Assembly: GCA_041859835.1 (NCBI GenBank)
Contig: JBFLFU010000003.1
Source: Flexilinea sp.
GTDB taxonomy: Bacteria > Chloroflexota > Anaerolineae > Anaerolineales > Anaerolineaceae
Reading direction: 5' to 3' (one strand)
DNA: 64,000 nucleotides
Shown here piece after piece: positions 59,339 to 64,000 of the stretch. Positions within the stretch are counted from its first letter, which is position 1; the number at the start of each line of letters is the position of its first letter. Position numbers and translations under genes: made by a program. A model generated the notes under the pieces. It was not told the DNA's origin. It made no database searches and saw only the letters and a program-made list of their open reading frames with translations.

Positions 59339-60435
59339 TATTTTCGCTTCCGTACGCTTAATTCTTCTAACAGCAGCGCAATGTTTCGCGCCGCATCGGG
59401 AACGGCCAGTTCCCGCATGGCTTTCTTCATTTGGTTCAGTTTTTCCCGATTCGCCATTAACTCGGTGACGATCGGACCGATCCGCTGCCCGATTTCCTCA
59501 TCCCGCAGCATGATGGCCGCGTTCTGTGAAACGAGATACTCCGCGTTTACCTTTTGGTATCGCCAGGCATAGGGATAAGGCACCAAAATGGCGGGCAGCC
59601 CGAACAATGGCAGCTCGCCCAGGGTGGAAGCACCGGCTCGCGAAAGGACCAGATCCGCCGCGGAAAATGCCGCTCCCATCTCTTCATGGAGATAAGGCGT
59701 AATATGATAATCCGAGGCGATGGCCGGATCCAGCGCTGTGCGAACCTGCTGTACTTCTTCCCAGTCCGGTTCGCCTGTGATGTGGATAATCTGACACACC
59801 GTGAGCAGTTTTTCAAGATTGGCCGTAATGGCGCGGTTGATGGACCTTGCACCTTTGCTGCCGCCGAAGACGAACAGGACCGGTTTCACCGGGGAAAGGC
59901 TGAAGCGTTCTTTGGCTTCTTCACGAGACCACTTCTGCAACCCGCTGCGGGTCGGATATCCGCTGATCACGACCCGTTTTTTCTTCGGGAAGTATTGCCG
60001 GCTTTGATCCGTCACGACCGCGATTGCATCCGCAAAAGCTGTCAGTGCTTTCAGAGCCAGACCGGGTTCGATATCCGGAACGAATAGCAGTTGCGGGCAG
60101 CGGATGCCGGCCAGTGCCATGGGTACCGCGGTATATCCGCCGGTGAAAAAAAGGACATCCGGTTTGAATTTGCGCAAAATCCGCAGCGACGCAAAAAATC
60201 CGGCCCAGAGCTTGAGAATGTTTCCCGGCAGCGCGCGCAGACTTACGCCATGAATCCCGGCCGCCGGAATGGCTGCATAGTTCAGGCCGGCTTGTTTCAC
60301 CAATGCCTCTTCCATGCCGCCTTCAGCGCCGACCCAAAGAATCGCGTCGTTTGGATTGTTATTTTTTTCTTGAATGACGGCCAAGGCTGGATACACGCCA
60401 CCCCCAGTCCCGCCTGCGCAAATTAATAATCGCAT
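59338..60435 (-). CDS. murG: MurG glycosyltransferase (alternative start 60468)
   Basis: AGGTGGGVYP, FTGGY, FGGSKGA, SRAGAST, LVPYP. Confidence 0.95.
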   Translation of the reverse strand: MRLLICAGGTGGGVYPALAVIQEKNNNPNDAILWVGAEGGMEEALVKQAGLNYAAIPAAGIHGVSLRALPGNILKLWAGFFASLRILRKFKPDVLFFTGGYTAVPMALAGIRCPQLLFVPDIEPGLALKALTAFADAIAVVTDQSRQYFPKKKRVVISGYPTRSGLQKWSREEAKERFSLSPVKPVLFVFGGSKGARSINRAITANLEKLLTVCQIIHITGEPDWEEVQQVRTALDPAIASDYHITPYLHEEMGAAFSAADLVLSRAGASTLGELPLFGLPAILVPYPYAWRYQKVNAEYLVSQNAAIMLRDEEIGQRIGPIVTELMANREKLNQMKKAMRELAVPDAARNIALLLEELSVRKRK

Positions 60436-61597
60436 CCGGTTCAGTCCTTTCTTTTTTAAGTTGTTCAATTGCAGAGATATGGGAAATGTTCATCAAAATC
60501 CCGATCCCTGTCATGGTACAAATCATGCTGGAGCCGCCAAAACTGATCAGCGGGAGCGCGTTTCCGGCAAACGGCAGAATGTTTAGCATAACGCCGATAT
60601 TGATAACCGCCTCGATTGAAATCCATAAAGTAATCCCCGCTGCCAGCAGTTTCCCGAAAGTATCCGGAGCATTTTTCGCGATGGCGAAACCGCGCCACAG
60701 GAGAATCAAATAGAGCGCAACAATCAAGGCGCCTCCCAGAAATCCGGTTTCTTCCAGGATGACCGCAAAAATACTGTCGGTCCACGGTACGGGCAACCCT
60801 GTCAGCTTTGCAACCCCTTTCCCGATTCCGGTCCCGGTCCAGCCGCCGCGCAGAATTGCTTCGACGGAACGTTGGATATGATAGGATGCTTCCTGCGGAT
60901 TGGAGAGTCCCAGCAGATAATCATTGATGCGGGTACTCACTTTTTCGAACAGGAAATATCCGCTGAAGAGCAGAAAAGCGCAGATCAGCAGCAGCACCCC
61001 GATGTACCTGACATTTCCACCGGCAACGTAGAACATGACCATACCGAGAAAAATGATTGTGACAGTGGCACTGATATCCGGCTGCAGGAAGATAAGTAAC
61101 GCCAGCACACCGATAATCAGGGCGACCGGCGCGAATCCCCAATAAAGATCGGCGAGTTTGTCCTGCTTTACGCTGAGCCAATAAGCCAGGTAAATCACCA
61201 GCGCGATTTTGGCCAGTTCGGACGGCTGGATTGATCCGCTGACAACGCTGCGGGTAGCTCCCTGGATTTCCGAAGGAAGGAACAGGACGACCAATAAGAG
61301 CAGCGTTGTTCCGCCGATGATCAGTGTGGCGACCTGCTTGAAAATGCGGTAATTCAGAATTGAGAGGGAGATCGCGATGATGGATCCGATGACGATCCAG
61401 ATGACCTGTCGCATCAGATAATACGTGCTGGTCCCATGCAATTCCAGTGAGCTTTTCCCGCTGGCTGAATAGAGCATCAGCAGACCGACGACCAAAAGGA
61501 CGATGACCGTCAACAACAACGGAACATCGATGAGCAATTTCGTCGATACTCTGGTCTGTTTGCTTTTCAGCAGGCTCACTTCAGTTGAAGTACCCAT
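60359..61597 (-). CDS. ftsW: SEDS protein FtsW
   Basis: SIQPSELAK, LQPD, TDSIFAVILEETG, LPFAGNALPLISFGGSS. Confidence 0.93.
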   Translation of the reverse strand: MGTSTEVSLLKSKQTRVSTKLLIDVPLLLTVIVLLVVGLLMLYSASGKSSLELHGTSTYYLMRQVIWIVIGSIIAISLSILNYRIFKQVATLIIGGTTLLLLVVLFLPSEIQGATRSVVSGSIQPSELAKIALVIYLAYWLSVKQDKLADLYWGFAPVALIIGVLALLIFLQPDISATVTIIFLGMVMFYVAGGNVRYIGVLLLICAFLLFSGYFLFEKVSTRINDYLLGLSNPQEASYHIQRSVEAILRGGWTGTGIGKGVAKLTGLPVPWTDSIFAVILEETGFLGGALIVALYLILLWRGFAIAKNAPDTFGKLLAAGITLWISIEAVINIGVMLNILPFAGNALPLISFGGSSMICTMTGIGILMNISHISAIEQLKKERTEPDAIINLRRRDWGWRVSSLGRHSRKK

Positions 61598-63030
61598 TCG
61601 ATAAAGGCCTTTCCCCGTTCTTCAAAATCTTTAAAAGCATCGTAACTGGTTCCACCCGGGGAGAGCAAGACGACGTCCCCGGCTTGTGCGAGCGAAGCGG
61701 CCGCCTGAACCGCTTCTTCCAATTCCTGACATCTGCGAATCGTGATGGCGGATTCCGGCCCGATTTCTTTTTGCAGTACCGTTTCGATCAGCGGCCCCGC
61801 TTCTCCGAAAAGCACCACTGCGCGGGCGCGATCGCGGACCGCCGCGGCGAGCGTCTCCCAGGGAAGATTTTTATCCCGTCCGCCCAACAGCAGCACAAGC
61901 GGCTGTGTGAAACTGTGGATGGCTGCCAGGGTTCGTTCCGGCGCGGTGGCAATCGAATCATTATACCAATCGGCGCCGCGAAACGTTCGGACCCATTCCA
62001 GCCTGTGATGGACGCCGGCAAAGTTTTCAACCCCTTTTTGCATAGCGTCGATCGGGAATTCGGCGGCGGTCGCGATGGCGCAGGCGGCCATCACATTGAA
62101 AATATTATGGGTACCGCGCAGGCGGATCATCTCAACCCGAAGCAGGTCTTTGACCTGCCCGCCGCACCAGCGGCGAATGACACCATTTTCCAGCCAGACC
62201 AGGGCAGCTTCCGGTCGTCCGGTCAGCTCAGATGGTTTTTCCATCCCAAAACTGATCAGCTTCCCGGAAATATACTGCCGCAGCGCCCAGGACCCGGCGT
62301 CATCCCGATTCAGGATCACGGTCCCTGAGGTATCCTGGAAGCGCAGAATATTCATTTTGGCCTCTGTGTAGGCTTCCATCGTACCGTGACGATCCAGGTG
62401 ATTGGGAGTGATGTTCAGCACCGCCGCGATCTGTGGGCTGATGGTGGTCAGCTCCAACTGAAAGCTGGAAAGCTCGAGGATTACGACATCCGCCGGCTGA
62501 ATTTTGTCCACTTCGGTCAATAGCGGATTACCGATGTTGCCGCCCAGCCAGACTTTTCTTCCGGCCTGGAACGTTTCACAGGCGTTTTTGGCAATTCTGC
62601 CAACCAGGGTCGTGGTGGTTGTTTTTCCGGAAGAACCGGTGATCCCGATCACCGGCGCTTTTACCGCGTTCACTTCGTTCAGGAAAAGCTGGGTATCGTT
62701 CAGGATCGGAATCCCTCGGCTCGCTGCTTCCCGCAGGATCGGAATGCGCAGGTCCGCGCCGCCGGTGACGCCAATGGCATCGATTTCGTCCAAAAGTCCG
62801 ATCGGATGTCCGCCGGTGACCCAACGAATCGGCAGATCCCGCAGCGCTTGCCATTCGTCCGTAAGTTTGTCGAACGGCTTTCGATCATTCAGGATGACGT
62901 GCGCACCTTTGCCGATTGCGTAGCGGATCACAGCCTGTCCCTGCCGGGCAGCGCCCAGCATCAGGATGGTCTTCCCGTTCCAATTGGCTTGATTCAAAAG
63001 GTTTTTCCCGTCTTTCACGTCGATCCCCAT
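61576..63030 (-). CDS. murD: UDP-MurNAc-L-Ala--D-Glu ligase
   Basis: ITGSSGKTTT, GGNIG, ELSSFQL, NITPNHLDRH, NDSIAT, LSPGGTSYD. Confidence 0.96.
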   Translation of the reverse strand: MGIDVKDGKNLLNQANWNGKTILMLGAARQGQAVIRYAIGKGAHVILNDRKPFDKLTDEWQALRDLPIRWVTGGHPIGLLDEIDAIGVTGGADLRIPILREAASRGIPILNDTQLFLNEVNAVKAPVIGITGSSGKTTTTTLVGRIAKNACETFQAGRKVWLGGNIGNPLLTEVDKIQPADVVILELSSFQLELTTISPQIAAVLNITPNHLDRHGTMEAYTEAKMNILRFQDTSGTVILNRDDAGSWALRQYISGKLISFGMEKPSELTGRPEAALVWLENGVIRRWCGGQVKDLLRVEMIRLRGTHNIFNVMAACAIATAAEFPIDAMQKGVENFAGVHHRLEWVRTFRGADWYNDSIATAPERTLAAIHSFTQPLVLLLGGRDKNLPWETLAAAVRDRARAVVLFGEAGPLIETVLQKEIGPESAITIRRCQELEEAVQAAASLAQAGDVVLLSPGGTSYDAFKDFEERGKAFIEWVLQLK

Positions 63031-63033
63031 TTC

Positions 63034-64000
63034 CTAAATCATCGCAATCGCGATGCCAAGCATCACAAACAGCAGCCCAACCAGCCAGAAACGCTGAACG
63101 ACCTGAACTTCGCTCCAACCCAACAATTCAAAATGATGGTGCAGCGGCGCCATGCGGAAGAATCGCTTGCCATGAGTGGCTTTGAAATAAATCACCTGAA
63201 TCATGACGGAGAGCGCTTCGCTGACCGGAATAATTGCGATAATCGGCAGTACCAGCAGATGGCCGGTGATCAATGCGACGACGGCCAGCGACGCCCCGAG
63301 CGCCAGGGATCCACAATCTCCCATGAACAATTCGGCGGGATTGACGTTGAACCACAAAAACCCGAACAACGCGCCGACCAGGATGAAACAAAATCTGCCG
63401 ACATAGGTCTGTCCGACCATCAGGGCGATGGCGCCGTAACCGGCGAACGCTGTCGCGGCGATCAACCCCGCCAGCCCATCCAGCCCGTCGGTCAGATTGA
63501 CCGCGTTGGACATGCCGACGATCAGAAATACGGCGAGCGGAATGAACCAGTTTCCGAGATCAATCGGGAGCGGATAATTCGGCCAGTAAATGGCTGAAAT
63601 ACGAAGGTAATATTTCATGATCCAGGCGATAAAAATGGCCACGGCAACCTGCAGCAGAAATTTTGTCTTGGCGCGCATGCCCAAGCCGCGGCGCGGTCCG
63701 CGGATACCTTCCCAGTCGTCCGCCGCACCGATCATGGCGTAAAGGATCAATGTGATCATCGGGAGCACAAAACTTTGTCCCATGATGTTGACGCCAAAAA
63801 GGTTGGCCGCGTTCAAAAGCACATTGACCAACAGGGTCGGAATGATGAACATGATCCCGCCCATGGTGGGGGTGCCCATTTTCAGCATGTGCGTGTCCGG
63901 ACCGTCGATCCGGATCATTTTTCCGATTTTTAACTTATGTAACAGACGGATAAACGGACTGCCCCAGATCACTGTCATCATAAAGCCAAGAATCGACAAT
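63034..64000 (-). CDS. mraY: Phospho-MurNAc-pentapeptide transferase, 5'-partial (start outside the window)
   Basis: KMGTPTMGG, ADD, NAVNLTDGLDGL, FMGDCGS, FRMAPLHHHFE. Confidence 0.96.
   Translation of the reverse strand, partial: LSILGFMMTVIWGSPFIRLLHKLKIGKMIRIDGPDTHMLKMGTPTMGGIMFIIPTLLVNVLLNAANLFGVNIMGQSFVLPMITLILYAMIGAADDWEGIRGPRRGLGMRAKTKFLLQVAVAIFIAWIMKYYLRISAIYWPNYPLPIDLGNWFIPLAVFLIVGMSNAVNLTDGLDGLAGLIAATAFAGYGAIALMVGQTYVGRFCFILVGALFGFLWFNVNPAELFMGDCGSLALGASLAVVALITGHLLVLPIIAIIPVSEALSVMIQVIYFKATHGKRFFRMAPLHHHFELLGWSEVQVVQRFWLVGLLFVMLGIAIAMI

Noticed and set aside
60359-60468. ftsW/murG overlap of 77-110 nt
   Set aside because: Overlaps are common in dcw clusters; no evidence of frameshift or dual function

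Overview
Bacterial chromosomal window with no rRNA, tRNA, CRISPR array or transposase detected. The gene families and context suggest Anaerolineae/Chloroflexota (inference, not a database result). Left to right it holds: a partial DUF4349 gene; a minus-strand run of secreted orphan, GH1 beta-glucosidase and a GrpB gene frameshifted by a 5-bp duplication; a metallophosphoesterase with an unannotated 47-aa membrane ORF; tatBC; a YesN/YesM two-component pair with two YtfQ-like binding proteins and a sugar ABC transporter; metNIQ; a methyltransferase; a GT-C glycosyltransferase; a DUF3798 ABC system; ahcY; der-lepB-zinc finger; a TPR protein; a BMP nucleoside ABC system; cupin and ddl; a LacI/AfuABC-like/MBL-hydrolase locus; an mrfA-mrfB-DUF2007-SDR run; and the dcw cluster (mraY partial, murD, ftsW, murG, fused murC-murB, ftsQ, ftsA, ftsZ). 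The two strongest novelty candidates are (1) an MrfA/DUF1998 helicase carrying an in-frame HNH nuclease domain, coupled to MrfB and preceded by a LexA-type box, and (2) a leader upstream of metNIQ with a leaderless 33-codon Met-Leu-Met-Cys uORF and mutually exclusive anti-antiterminator, antiterminator and terminator helices, i.e. a candidate methionine ribosome-stalling attenuator. Further oddities are binding proteins that mostly lack a lipobox, a doubled FtsZ C-terminal peptide, a GTAG-type REP-like family, very long perfect palindromes and recurrent leaderless starts.
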